NCBI GenBank assembly: GCA_032718475.1
Contig: JAUCBJ010007109.1
Span: forward strand, 1 to 35,186
Origin: Nemertoderma westbladi
Lineage: Eukaryota; Animalia; Xenacoelomorpha
Reading direction: 5' to 3'
Length of the DNA stretch: 35,186 nt
Part shown: one piece after another, positions 24,301-33,970 of the stretch
Position numbering within the stretch: the stretch's first letter is position 1
How the letters are laid out: each line of letters begins with the position of its first letter
Notes under the pieces: generated by a model
The model's input: only the letters and a program-made list of their open reading frames with translations
Databases searched by the model: none
What the model was told of the DNA's origin: nothing
Translations under genes and position numbers: made by a program

Positions 24301-26147
24301 ATAGTAGGGAGTCTTTCTATTGTAATTATTTGGTCTGTGGGTTCTGTACTACCTAAGTTGGTGTTATTTAGTTGCCTTCTAACAGCTGGAGGCAAATCAG
24401 GCAATTTCTGACGGTGGAATGTTCTTTTACGTCTGCTTAGGTGAGATCTATTTCCTTTGCCTTCAGTATCGGTGGTATCGCCTTCCTCAGATGATGTATA
24501 TCCCTGTCTTTTGGGAGTAGATCGATTCATCATCTGCATATTACTAGCTGTTAACTGTTTATTAAAGTTGTCTTGTCTCTCTTGAAGATTTTCCAACTCT
24601 AGTTGGGTTGTCTCTTCAGATGCCCTCCGTTCTGCTTCTGCCACTGCTATTTTTCTTTCCGCTTCGGCCGCCTTTCTTTCCGCTTCTGCTGCTGCCACTT
24701 TTCTTTCCGCTTCAGCCGCCTTTCTTTCGGCTTCTACTGCTGCAGCTGCCACCTTTCTTTCCGCTTCGGCCGCCTTTCTTTCGGCTTCTACTGCTGCAGC
24801 TGCCACCTTTCTTTCCGCTTCGGCCGCCTTTCTTTCGGCTTCTACTGCTGCAGCTGCCGCTTTTGCCTCTGCCGCTGCCGCTTTTGCCTCTGCCGCTGCC
24901 TCTGCCGCTTTTCTATCCACTTCTACCGCTTTTCGTTCCGCTTCTGCCGCTGCCACTGCCGCTGCTGCTGTATTTCTATCTTCTATACGTTTTTTCTTTA
25001 CTTGTTCTTCTTGAACCTTAGCGATGCGGATGCTTTCATTGAATTTAGCTTGGTTCGCAGCTAACCTATCCACATCGATTGCGTCCAACACACGCTGGGC
25101 TCCTTCACTATTAGGGCTAAGCCCCTCTAACCTTCTCCTCAACTCTTCATCACCTAAAAAACGTTGATAGTCTGACAGATAGATGTCAATGGCATCCCTC
25201 TTATGCGGTTTCTCTGCCGTCGCTTCACTTTCCACTTGGGAAAAAGTAGCGTCTGTTGATTCTCCATGGGTTGAGCGCTCCTCCAGCTGAGCTTTCCACT
25301 GAGCTGTTCCTTGAACCTGGCGACTCACCCGTTGAAACCAAGTCTTTACGGCAACTTGCAACGACGTGTCTTGTCTTCTTTTAGAAGCCTCCTCAAAGGC
25401 CGATAAGATTAGCCTAATTCGCAGAATTCTTTCTCTAACTTGATAAAGCAGTTGTCCCTGCTCTTGAGGTCCTTGAGGTTGTTGAAACAGTTGTTCTTTT
25501 ACTCGCTCCATAGAGCTGAAGAATCCCTGTGCGTATCCGGCTGCGGACCTCTTCCACACAGCTGGATCGATGGTTTCCTTGGCTACTCCCATCCGGTGTA
25601 TGTCTTCCCAGGCAGCTTCTGATAAATCAAATGGGAGTCCGGGTCCGGGGAAGTTCCATTGCGACTCAACAATAGACTTCAGTTCTTCCTTTGTGTATCC
25701 CGCATAACTATCTTTAGTCGATTGCTTAGTTCTCGCCCAATCGATCTGGTGTTCTTCCACCGCAATCAATATCCTAGTGAGTACGGCTGCAGGCAGGATG
25801 AGAAGGGGATCCGAATAAACCGCATCCGTCATCTTTGCTCCGCGCTCGGGTGTCAGCTCTACAGTATCCTCACTACTGGAGCTGTTGGGCCGCTGAGAAA
25901 TAAGTTCTTGGCTCGCGGGTTGTTGCTGTTCCGCTGCTTCTTGGTCCCGCTTGACCTGAGCTCGAGTGCCTATGATAGACCTACGATGTTGGACCAGCCT
26001 AGGTTCTGATATTACTACTGGAGGGATGACCTTCCTCACAGTGGGAGGTGAACTGAACTTAGGACTAGACGGTTCTACACCTCTATCTGAGTCGCAGATA
26101 GTTACATCTAATAAACTGTCTGAGAGGTTCTGCTTAGTATCAGACAT
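21333..26147 (-). CDS. gag: BEL/Pao Gag-protease polyprotein with remnant RNase H and integrase C-terminal tails (1604 aa)
   Basis: DUF1759-type Gag (KFNGDEMKW...EKLRFLIECLEG...LNIRYGN, about 23630-23000); three Zn knuckles CVLC..H..C / CYNC....H....C / CAKC...HH.LLH (22766-22572); aspartic protease ALLDSGS...ILIG...TRVGW.FTGP (22250-21805); WRHCPETINLADIASRG...WLGEPDFL (RNase H tail); RPAGRLCLLE (Pol C-terminus). No RT YxDD region or integrase core. Confidence 0.93.
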   Translation of the reverse strand: MSDTKQNLSDSLLDVTICDSDRGVEPSSPKFSSPPTVRKVIPPVVISEPRLVQHRRSIIGTRAQVKRDQEAAEQQQPASQELISQRPNSSSSEDTVELTPERGAKMTDAVYSDPLLILPAAVLTRILIAVEEHQIDWARTKQSTKDSYAGYTKEELKSIVESQWNFPGPGLPFDLSEAAWEDIHRMGVAKETIDPAVWKRSAAGYAQGFFSSMERVKEQLFQQPQGPQEQGQLLYQVRERILRIRLILSAFEEASKRRQDTSLQVAVKTWFQRVSRQVQGTAQWKAQLEERSTHGESTDATFSQVESEATAEKPHKRDAIDIYLSDYQRFLGDEELRRRLEGLSPNSEGAQRVLDAIDVDRLAANQAKFNESIRIAKVQEEQVKKKRIEDRNTAAAAVAAAEAERKAVEVDRKAAEAAAEAKAAAAEAKAAAAAVEAERKAAEAERKVAAAAVEAERKAAEAERKVAAAAVEAERKAAEAERKVAAAEAERKAAEAERKIAVAEAERRASEETTQLELENLQERQDNFNKQLTASNMQMMNRSTPKRQGYTSSEEGDTTDTEGKGNRSHLSRRKRTFHRQKLPDLPPAVRRQLNNTNLGSTEPTDQIITIERLPTIVDEPEIIRPVPEATLSVVETPVLPEPTSQFPLHSTKLPVPSRTAHETVHALDSERNIHDLSPVVPRPPATTLANPASAVEWVDERRRGMDLLLGQMQETVQQFKGTVRESRLELQEVQQSIALELDKLVNLQKGISPPSVTMCQPVRSEVSHAQGVEPTRIYTASEVETPIVNPIKGNYRPVDNDIPYRPDHNPRNLYTDNSILNNTMAQESFTRQMARTEARQAVKVGEIVKFNGDEMKWLPFNEYYKDNIQNSVLSNGEKLRFLIECLEGSPKLMALKFIGHPDGLRQVWDTLNIRYGNRNNIAGYLYAKLVAPRKFISSGIIEFSDEIQEICRQLDWLGKSHEYQSAMVIRALASTLPKGGVGTRWDKKVLYMMEQQRRDPTMADLMSFLDGEVKLQLLRQSREKTPENKVSEKPVSRRKVIPVCYTDDGESQASQEEDSGKDTERSYYDNKMPKDQVGKFKSRTNDRREQVRKTPPTSPKRIQVRKPEERTNVHHTAHVKVSNIKPKCVLCDGPHRLSACDEFLRKSLKDRREVMWDKRLCYNCLRRGHQRRTCYSDVRCAKCGAKHHILLHTEFERNSPSQVSESELHVQFSDVNDIDQYSEMEGFYTDEFSDENESCYLTNTAVYRALTYEKDTDSEPPLTTSDRQPSWKAPPSNVGIREFPVVQVRVHGPKRSYVVNALLDSGSTGTFIDKELAEDIFAGQPKFRTKLNMSGIMQVWKSTVIADYYVGALSTPQDELGEHSIRSVKMVAIKNFATSQVEPYNWDEDDFTQQLEIPRFNTDYPGVQILIGQNAHEALETLEKRPAQPQPLQVYAGRTRVGWYFTGPSRRTLMERLPKEQVYQLSEREVESSEVDDPTEGTPYSSDNDDINSNVDQWRHCPETINLADIASRGATPQELTDTPDWLGEPDFLSKEDEWPPHLNPAAKIRQAKGAEKVTQPLNRPAGRLCLLERDRKLSGNYGRQDTLPTTTSLIQQISRDSIT
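24625..24970 (-). repeat. Coding tandem repeat (AAEAERK; three 54-bp units) forming an Ala/Glu/Lys-rich helical segment in Gag
   Basis: Protein AAAAVEAERKAAEAERKV x3 plus shorter variants; the frame is preserved. Confidence 0.85.
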
Positions 26148-26269
26148 GTTTGTTTACACAGTTGAATGTCTACTACTATATTACAGTCTAAGCAAGTCTA
26201 GTAATTCAGTGTTAACTGCTAGCCTAGTAATTAATTACCGATACTGCTACTCAGTGTAGCGTGATATAT

Positions 26270-26535
26270 AATATATTAGTATACCGGTATGCTTATAGTA
26301 TATATAAGTATTATTACAGACTAGTTTATCACAGAATACCGGTAGGTAATTTTAGCACAAATATATATAAATATATAATAGGCCTATCGTGAATACCGGT
26401 ATGCAGTTTACACTTATAGTGTATATATATAAGTATAATTACAGACTAGAATTAATTACAGAATACCGGTATGATTTCAACCTAAAATTTATAGAAATAA
26501 ATATAATAAGCCTATTGTAAATACCGGTATGTCAA
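26270..26535. repeat. Five diverged units of about 60 bp centred on ATACCGGTA in the 5' leader
   Basis: ataccggta near 26281, 26336, 26393, 26463 and 26521, with alternating units resembling each other. Confidence 0.65.
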
Positions 26536-27504
26536 TTATTTTAGAATAATTGAATTTCTGAATTTTAAGGGTTACTTGGTTACTTTAACTTACTTTATTA
26601 CCGTTATTTAAGCAGTAGTCCAACTGATATTGAGACCTAATTGTTGTATGGCAGGCCTACTATTTATAAATCGTTTGAGTTGATTTATAATATATATTAT
26701 ATACCCGTTGAAATGGGTTTTTGTCAATGTTTGAAATAAATGTTATTATTTCTGGGGGAGTCACTACACATAAGCTGTGCGCTCTCAGTGGAGTGCTACT
26801 TGTTAGACACTAAAACAAATAATTCTAATTTACCTAAGTTACTTAATACTACAAATTACGTACAATTCGGGTTGAGATTACAATCTCTAAATAAACACAA
26901 AAATTTAATTACAAATACACAAATACAAATTTTTAGGGTAATTTTACAAGAAGTCTACTAACCAGCCTAACAAAGGGTTAGAATATCTGGTTATTACAAC
27001 GGACAGGTTACTACGGTATTTGAAAATAATAAGTAGTAGTAAATATACTGCGTTGTCCAGATAGGAAAATACCACCGCCTGACGACCTATAACCGTATCG
27101 CTATAGGTACTACGTTATGTATCACGGAGTGTTCCTACCCAGAAGTTAATTACCGCGGTCTACCAGAACCAACGTGCCTATTAACCACTTTACAACACAA
27201 ATACACTGCCTACACACTAATCACCTTCGGAAAGTACTGTACACTAAACCCTAAATTAGGTACAAGTACTTGTACAACAAATAATTAGTAGTTAAAAATA
27301 CTTGAACAGCTAAAAGAACCACGGTATCTGCCGGAGTGACCAAAGCACAAAATCTCCAGTCTTTACCTACGCCGAGCAGCCCTGATGTAGTACCGGGGTT
27401 AGTTTAACTATAACGGTATGTATAACAAACACAATTACTGTAGGAATAAACTTGGGGATATGAATGTTGCGAATAATCGCATAAACTCTGAATAATAAAT
27501 ATTA

Positions 27505-28069
27505 TGCTACGCGTACAAACTACTCAAACAAAATGCAGACCAAATACTGACAGACTACTATCAAGCCTAAACAAACTACGGTATATGCAGACTCCAAAAT
27601 GATTAGTTAGTATGCGTTCTAACCCAGTAGTACGACTTATTCTTTCACAGGGGGTTTACCTCACAGCACTTGAAGCCCCTACTTTCCTAACTTAGCACTT
27701 TATCGGACAGATGCTCTACACACACCGAAATTTCCTCAAACCCAACAACAGCCAGACAACTATCCAGCCTACAAATTATCTAAATAAAATTATACGCTAC
27801 CCGTACAGACTACACAAACAAAGTACAGACCAAACGCTGGCGGACTCCTATCAGGCCTAAATAAACCACAGGACATGCAGACTCCGAAATGGTTAAGTAG
27901 TATGTGTTCTAACCCAGTAGTACGACTTATTCTTTAGATGGGGGTTTACCTTACAGCTATGGCTGCCCCTACTTCCTAACCGTTCTTTATCGGACATACA
28001 CTCTACATGCACTGCAATCCGTTCAGACCTAATCAACAGTTAGCCAACAGTCAAGCCTACAAATTATCT
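27505..28069. repeat. Diverged tandem duplication (about 290 bp) in the 5' leader
   Basis: Shared blocks including gttctaacccagtagtacgacttattcttt, gggggtttacct and gcctacaaattatct in 27505-27782 and 27795-28069. Confidence 0.85.
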
Positions 28070-28352
28070 GTACAATCTGAGCAGGCTTACACGCCTTCTG
28101 CTCAATACTGGCCTACAAATAAATAAAACTTGACAGAAACAAGTAAAATCTCAATAAAAAACCAGGGCGGCCGTCCCTGATTAATTATTAAGGCCTAACG
28201 GTATATAAATACCAAAATCGAATAATACTGATGTACCTGTACCGTAAGTACCGGTTCGGGCAGTTGGGCCTACAGGCCTACAGCAGTACAGGTTACCGTT
28301 CAACCGGTACCGGTACTTTAGACTTGATTGCTTACACCGCAATCCAGAAGCA

Positions 28353-28363
28353 ATATCTGTTAT
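28353..28363 (-). promoter_or_regulatory. Putative self-priming primer-binding site (ATAACAGATAT)
   Basis: Abuts the 5' LTR, lacks the TGG of a tRNA PBS, and is exactly complementary to LTR positions 29093-29103. Confidence 0.6.
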
Positions 28364-29536
28364 TGTTTGCGCTTTTAAGACCTTTGACAGTTTAACCTGC
28401 CAAAATTAGTATGTCTTTTGGATGATAGATAGTCTTTAGCCTATGACGAGTATTTGATACACTACATTAGCCGAAGCCAGTCTATGCGCAATCATTCACC
28501 CGTTGGATATACCCGGGAGACTGAGTTCGGAGCTTAATGATTGATGGTGTAAGCCTACTGTATTATTCGACTGATCGTAATATATAATCTCTGACAAATA
28601 TTATTCACTTTCGGGAAATATTAACAGTTCCTTTAGGACGTGGCGCTCTAAATATGTAAACAGAGTTATGACTTAAACTAGACACAACGAAAAGGCTATA
28701 GATTCACGTATATGGCGCATTCTTTAGGAGATGCTTTGTTATCAGTTACACTCATACACAATGCTGCACAATACTGCACACTAATCTGCCGACCTTCACT
28801 AAATTTGGTCACGTATAAAGAGAGCAACATACAATTTATGTCGGGCATATGAAATAGCATTAGATTCACTTCAAACCACTTAACATAGGTCGCAATCGTT
28901 TATCTGTAACCGGTCTCTCTAACCTTTAGTATATCAAGAAGGTGGGGTGTCTGACTATTGATCAGTATTCCGATATAATATTTCATCAACCAATATAATG
29001 AATAACCGACAGTAAAAGCAGTAAAGTTAAGGTATAAATGATTATTAAGTGAGTGAATTAACTCGGTAACTCGTTTGCATTGGTATGGTTAGATAACAGA
29101 TATACGTTATATAATTAAGCCTACTAATGTAAGACTAAAGACTGAAACACGGAGGTGCCAAAAGCCGGTGTTCTTAGGCTCTGGGCAAAAACATAACACT
29201 GAATTCCTGAGTTTCTGTATCCACCTCCAACACAGAGACAAAAAACGCTCTGATTGGTCGACCGAACAACGAGAGAACAAAGAAACAAAGAAATGTCGAC
29301 GTGGCAATATCAGCTGTTAGCCGTCGTCATGGTAGCGACACTGTTTTCAAGAGTATCGAGCTTATTGCGTCCCGAAATTGCGGATTATGTCCTCTAAAGT
29401 ACAAATACAGAAGAAATGGCTTTTATGTCCTCTAAAACACCAGTACAGTAAGGACACGGCCTTTTTATGTCCAGTGAACCAACTACAGAGTACTTTACGG
29501 GGAAAATAACCGGCTAATTACGCAAAAGCTTTTACA
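28364..29536 (-). repeat. 5' LTR (1173 bp)
   Basis: Direct repeat of 16904-18071; minus strand TGTAAAAGC...GCGCAAACA; CCAAT motif at 29253-29257. Confidence 0.93.
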
Positions 29537-29699
29537 AAGTGCATTGGATAGGCGTACATTTCTTGCACTGAAAGATTTTTCATACCTGTTATAGTTTTCT
29601 AGACAGTGTCAGACATGATTAGAAAAAATTCGAATTTTTTTGATAAAGTCTGATTTCAACTGTACCTGTAATCCAAAATATCGATTGTAATATATCGTT

Positions 29700-31255
29700 A
29701 GATACGGCTAAGTACATTCACATTTTTTCGGTTAATTTTTTCGATGATCGTTTCTCGAGATATCATCAAAGTACCGGAAACAAACTTTGGACGAACATAT
29801 ATCCGGTACCATTAGGCTTATTGGGTTCAAATTTTTTATTATCTACTTAGAACGCTCAAATGAATGTTATTTAGTTTGTAAGTTTTGCAATAAAATGCAT
29901 AGAAGCAATTTCGAAAAACCTGATCTTTTTGCGATCATGATCTGGGCATTTTCACCAGGCAGAATTGATTTTTTCTTTCGAGATTTTGGTAACCCACCTT
30001 TACCTTACCTACCGCATTTTGGTATATGGTTCGAGATTGATGGTACTGAATCTTTTTTACATTGAAACTTTTTCCATATGGGCAATTCTTCTGTGTCCGA
30101 TTTTTGATCAGAAATGATCTTTCTGATCGTGGCCAAGATCATGATCATGTACCTCCCAAAAAACGTTGTATGTAAAAGTCATATGCTACGGTTTGGCACC
30201 AGTCCCAAGTCCGTAGCATTAGAGGTTCTTAAGAACAACGCATAGCAACGCCTGTTGCTAGGGGACATTTTTGGCACTTTTGATCGTGAAAGTGATGAAG
30301 GCTATCTCGAGAACCACTGGGCTGTTTGAGCCAATTTTTTTTGTAATCAACTCAGAATGGTCCAGTGAACATTTCTTAGAATGAATATTTATTAGAATAA
30401 TCGATTTTAGCATGACTGATATTTGCACGATCATGATTTTGATCCCCAAGGAATTGATCTTTTTTATGCCGAAATTTTGGCCACCCTTCCTAAATCGAGG
30501 GTGAGGAATCTTTTTGTAATGTTAAGTTTTTCCATATGGTGAACTCACAGGACTTGATCTCCGAAAAAACCGAAAACATGATCTTTCCTGATCGTGGCCT
30601 GATAAAATTTCTTTTTTGAAATGTCGAAATATACAGAAGTTGCCCCTTCTCCATAGCAGTCAATTAATAAAAAAAATCGGGGTTCTGATAGATAGTTTTC
30701 GAGTACTTTTGAAAAACCGAAAAACACGATCTTTTTCGATCAGGAAGCGTATCTCGAGAACCGGTTGGCCGATCGAGCAAATTTTTAAATTGACTCAGGG
30801 CGGTGCGTTTGAATGTTTCTTACAGTATTGTTTAATCCCAAAAGCTTAGTTATGCTTTTACGAAGTCTGATCTTTACACGATCATGATCTTTTATTTTGA
30901 TCAGGAAGATTTTTTTTTTCTTTTCGAAAAATGACTACCCTCACTAAATCGATGATTACTAATCTTTTTGTAATGTTAAGTTTTTTGATTGGAATACGTC
31001 TTGAGTGTCAGATTTTTGATCAAACACAATCTTTGCTGATCACAGTCAAGATCATGATTGGGCACCTCCCAAAAAAAGTTTTCAATATAAAACCATATGC
31101 TGCTTACAGTTTGGCGCCAGTCCCAAGTCCATTGCATTAGCGGTTCTCGAGAATGGCACATAGCAATGAGGTTGCTAGTGAAGTTGATTTTTTTACTCAA
31201 ATTGGCCCGATCCGGAGAACCATAGACTTTTTTAATAAGACTTTTTTTTGTTATA
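29700..31255. repeat. Non-coding interspersed element built of diverged internal subrepeats (class not assigned)
   Basis: Recurrent tctcgagaa and gatcatgat motifs; gtttggc.ccagtcccaagtcc...gcattag.ggttct occurs near 30190 and 31109; aatcttttt.gtaatgttaagtttt occurs near 30507 and 30961. Confidence 0.55.
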
Positions 31256-31358
31256 TATGGCAAAAAGTCTTGTAATTAAAATTCGGGTGGGGGGGGGGGG
31301 GGGGGGGGGGTTAGGAACATCTTATTGTTCATTTTTGCTTAGTTGCTGAGATCGCTTA

Positions 31359-31775
31359 GCCCTACAAAACCCAGGATTCTATAATTCCCTTTTCGGGAGA
31401 CAAGTTCCGTGGCTGGCCAAAGTTTCGGTGTTCTCCGAACAAAGAACATAATCGGTTGGTAATGTATATTGGGGCCTATCAAAAGGCAATTACTGGTATA
31501 TTATCAGTATCTATATACCAGTACCAGTATCTAATACCAGACATTTTTGTTTTAGATGGGGGCTTCATAATGAGATGTGTCAGGCGTATATATATGTTTA
31601 CTCTGAGAATACCACGTTACGTAAACATATACCTTATATCTGCAGTACGAGCATTGATAAATCCATTCATGTTTGGGACGACACCTTTGGCATGGACAAC
31701 CATCCTGGTGATTTCGCAAGTACATTGCATGAAAAGGACATTGACGAGTTGAAACAATTAGGAGTATATACATAA
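31359..31775 (+). CDS. Tentative last two exons (about 31359-31454 and 31556-31775) of a host gene, weakly resembling a Cu-monooxygenase (DBH/PHM) C-terminus
   Basis: Phase-compatible GT (31455)/ttttgttttAG (31555) intron gives ...SGDKFRGWPKFRCSPNKEHNRWGLHNEMCQAYIYVYSENTT...CSTSIDK...*. The EMCxxYxY motif is suggestive only, and the first acceptor is uncertain. Confidence 0.3.
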
Positions 31776-32048
31776 CTATTTCTTATCAATTCTAGGTCTA
31801 GCGTACGAGATTGATTCCTGGTCCTATTGGCATAAGTTATCCCTATTGGTATTAGTCCGTGTCTGACTGTTCTGAGTGATGTTTGTGAATCATACATAAC
31901 GAAATTGGGATGTAATAGATATATAGGTTCAGTATGACAATGGCTCACACATAATATTTAATAATTGCAGAGTGAATGGAAGGCAGACATCCGGATGTTG
32001 TCTATTTTACTTGTTTAGGGCCTTCGATTCTTCGAGTCCTCCAGGGTG

Positions 32049-32237
32049 CAGATATGGGGGGGAAACTGGGCGCAATTAAAATTCATTCAACAATAAACTA
32101 AGCACAATAGAACAGGTTACAGTTTTATTTTTGACAGTATTCAGTTGTTATTTGCTTCGAATTTCCCCTGTATAGGGGTTAATTTTTATTGCGTCCATTT
32201 CCCCCCCCCCCCCCCCCCCCCCCCCCTCCCCTATCTG
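32049..32237. mobile_element. Second copy of the 14178-14419 MITE family
   Basis: CAGATAtGGGGGGGAAACTGGgCGCAA...TTGCGTCCATTTCCCC..CTATCTG with shared internal aacaataaactaagcacaatagaacaggttacagttttatttttga. No matching TSD. Confidence 0.75.
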
Positions 32238-33015
32238 ATGAGGACAGTAGACCCAAACATCGATGATGGTGGTACGTTTGACATGAGTATGGTTTATGTT
32301 ATTGGGATTATGGTTAGAAAATATAAGGGAAAGCCATCGGCAGCTTTGAATTGGCTTTCCTTACTGTGTGTGGTTCGAAAATAATTTTTTCTTAATTTGA
32401 TGGGATCCGAGAGTTTTTCGATACCAAATGTGGTAGCAATCTCAGAAAAATTTATTTTTCCATTTTTCAAATAGTTTCATTTTTCACCGGACCTCTAGAA
32501 CTTATTAATACATTGAAATATAACGCAATGCAGACAGAAAAAATCAAAAGCAAACATTTTTATGATCATAAATGGAACCGGTATTTCCAAATACCGGTTC
32601 CAAATTCATGCTGATGGTCCATATAATTCGAAACTAATTTTATTGTTCTATTAAAACTTAATTCCGAAATCGCAGCAGTTTTGTTTGTTATTTACTTACT
32701 TTTTATCATTGTGTTTAACAATATTATTTATAATGCAGTATGGATGAAGACTTTCTTAATAAAAGTGCAGCTACAATTTTTGACCTACTCAAAGTAGCAC
32801 ATTTAGAATAAAAATATTCGTTTTCAATTTTACTTTCAAAATCCTAAGCATTATGAATATAAATGTTTAAATAAGTATTTACAGTATATTAAAATTAACT
32901 TAATCCAAACATATGGGAATGTGAATTAATTTTACTACAACACAAAATTAATTGCTAAATGACTCTAATAGGTAACTATGGTTTTAGTCTATAAAACAAC
33001 ATTATAAATAATACA

Positions 33016-33688
33016 AGTATAAATATAAGTAAATATTACTCCTTGTTAGAGCAGTTCGTTACTAAATTGCTAACAGGAGTGTACTACAGTATAAATATAA
33101 GTAATTATTACTCCTTGTTAGAGCAGTTCGTTACTAAATTGCTAACAGGAGTGTACTACAGTATAAATATAAGTAATTATTACTCCTTGTTAGAGCAGTT
33201 CGTTACTAAATTGCTAACAGGAGTGTACTACAGTATAAATATAAGTAATTATTACTCCTTGTTAGAGCAGTTCGTTACTAAATTGCTAACAGGAGTGTAC
33301 TACAGTATAAATATAAGTAATTATTACTCCTTGTTAGAGCAGTTCGTTACTAAATTGCTAACAGGAGTCAGTGTACTACAGTATAAATATAAGTAATTAT
33401 TACTCCTTGTTAGAGCAGTTCGTTACTAAATTGCTAACAGGAGTGTACTACAGTATAAATATAAGTAATTATTACTCCTTGTTAGAGCAGTTCGTTACTA
33501 AATTGCTAACAGGAGTGTACTACAGTATAAATATAAGTAATTATTACTCCTTGTTAGAGCAGTTCGTTACTAAATTGCTAGCAGGAGTCAGTGTACTACA
33601 GTATAAATATAAGTAATTATTACTCCTTGTTAGAGCAGTTCGTTACTAAATTGCTAGCAGGAGTCAGTGTACTACAGTATAAATATAA
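33016..33688. repeat. Minisatellite, 72-bp unit (76-bp variants), about 9 copies, each with an internal hairpin
   Basis: Unit AGTATAAATATAAGTAATTATTACTCCTTGTTAGAGCAGTTCGTTACTAAATTGCTAACAGGAGTGTACTAC; three units carry an extra CAGT. Confidence 0.95.
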
Positions 33689-33970
33689 ATAATGTATCGA
33701 TGTCATTATTGGTCATTATTTTTGTCATAAAAGTGATTTACACGTACATTAATACTATACGTTTGTGCATATGTATGTAATCATTTTCACAATAAATTAC
33801 TGTGAAATATGTTTAGTAATTATCCTGTATTATGTTGATTAGAAAGTATACAGTAATTAATGAAATCTCAACAATTCTCATATTTTCCTATTTCGGTTAG
33901 ATTAATGGGCCGATCCCAATACTTAAAAACATTATCTACTCTTCTATAGAACTGCAATATCCAATCAAAA

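Larger units (their letters stand above)
16904..29536 (-). mobile_element. Non-autonomous BEL/Pao LTR retrotransposon, 12.6 kb
   Basis: Two direct repeats of about 1.17 kb with TG...CA ends, an internal ORF with BEL/Pao Gag, triple Zn-knuckle and protease, and a purine tract before the 3' LTR. Flanks TAGT/AAGT give at best an imperfect 4-bp TSD. Confidence 0.93.

Noticed and set aside
21858-26259. Plus-strand and alternative-frame ORFs overlapping the Gag-protease ORF
   Set aside because: They are shadows of the real minus-strand CDS and its low-complexity repeat, with no motifs.
28330-28363. tRNA primer-binding site
   Set aside because: The nearest TGG on the transcript strand is about 17 nt from the LTR edge, too far for a canonical PBS; a tRNA search is still needed to exclude an internal tRNA match.
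33043-33616. Repetitive ORFs in tandem arrays (also 4211-4405, 5729-5935, 7246-7605)
   Set aside because: Open frames are by-products of stop-free repeat units; the 4-bp insertions shift the frame.
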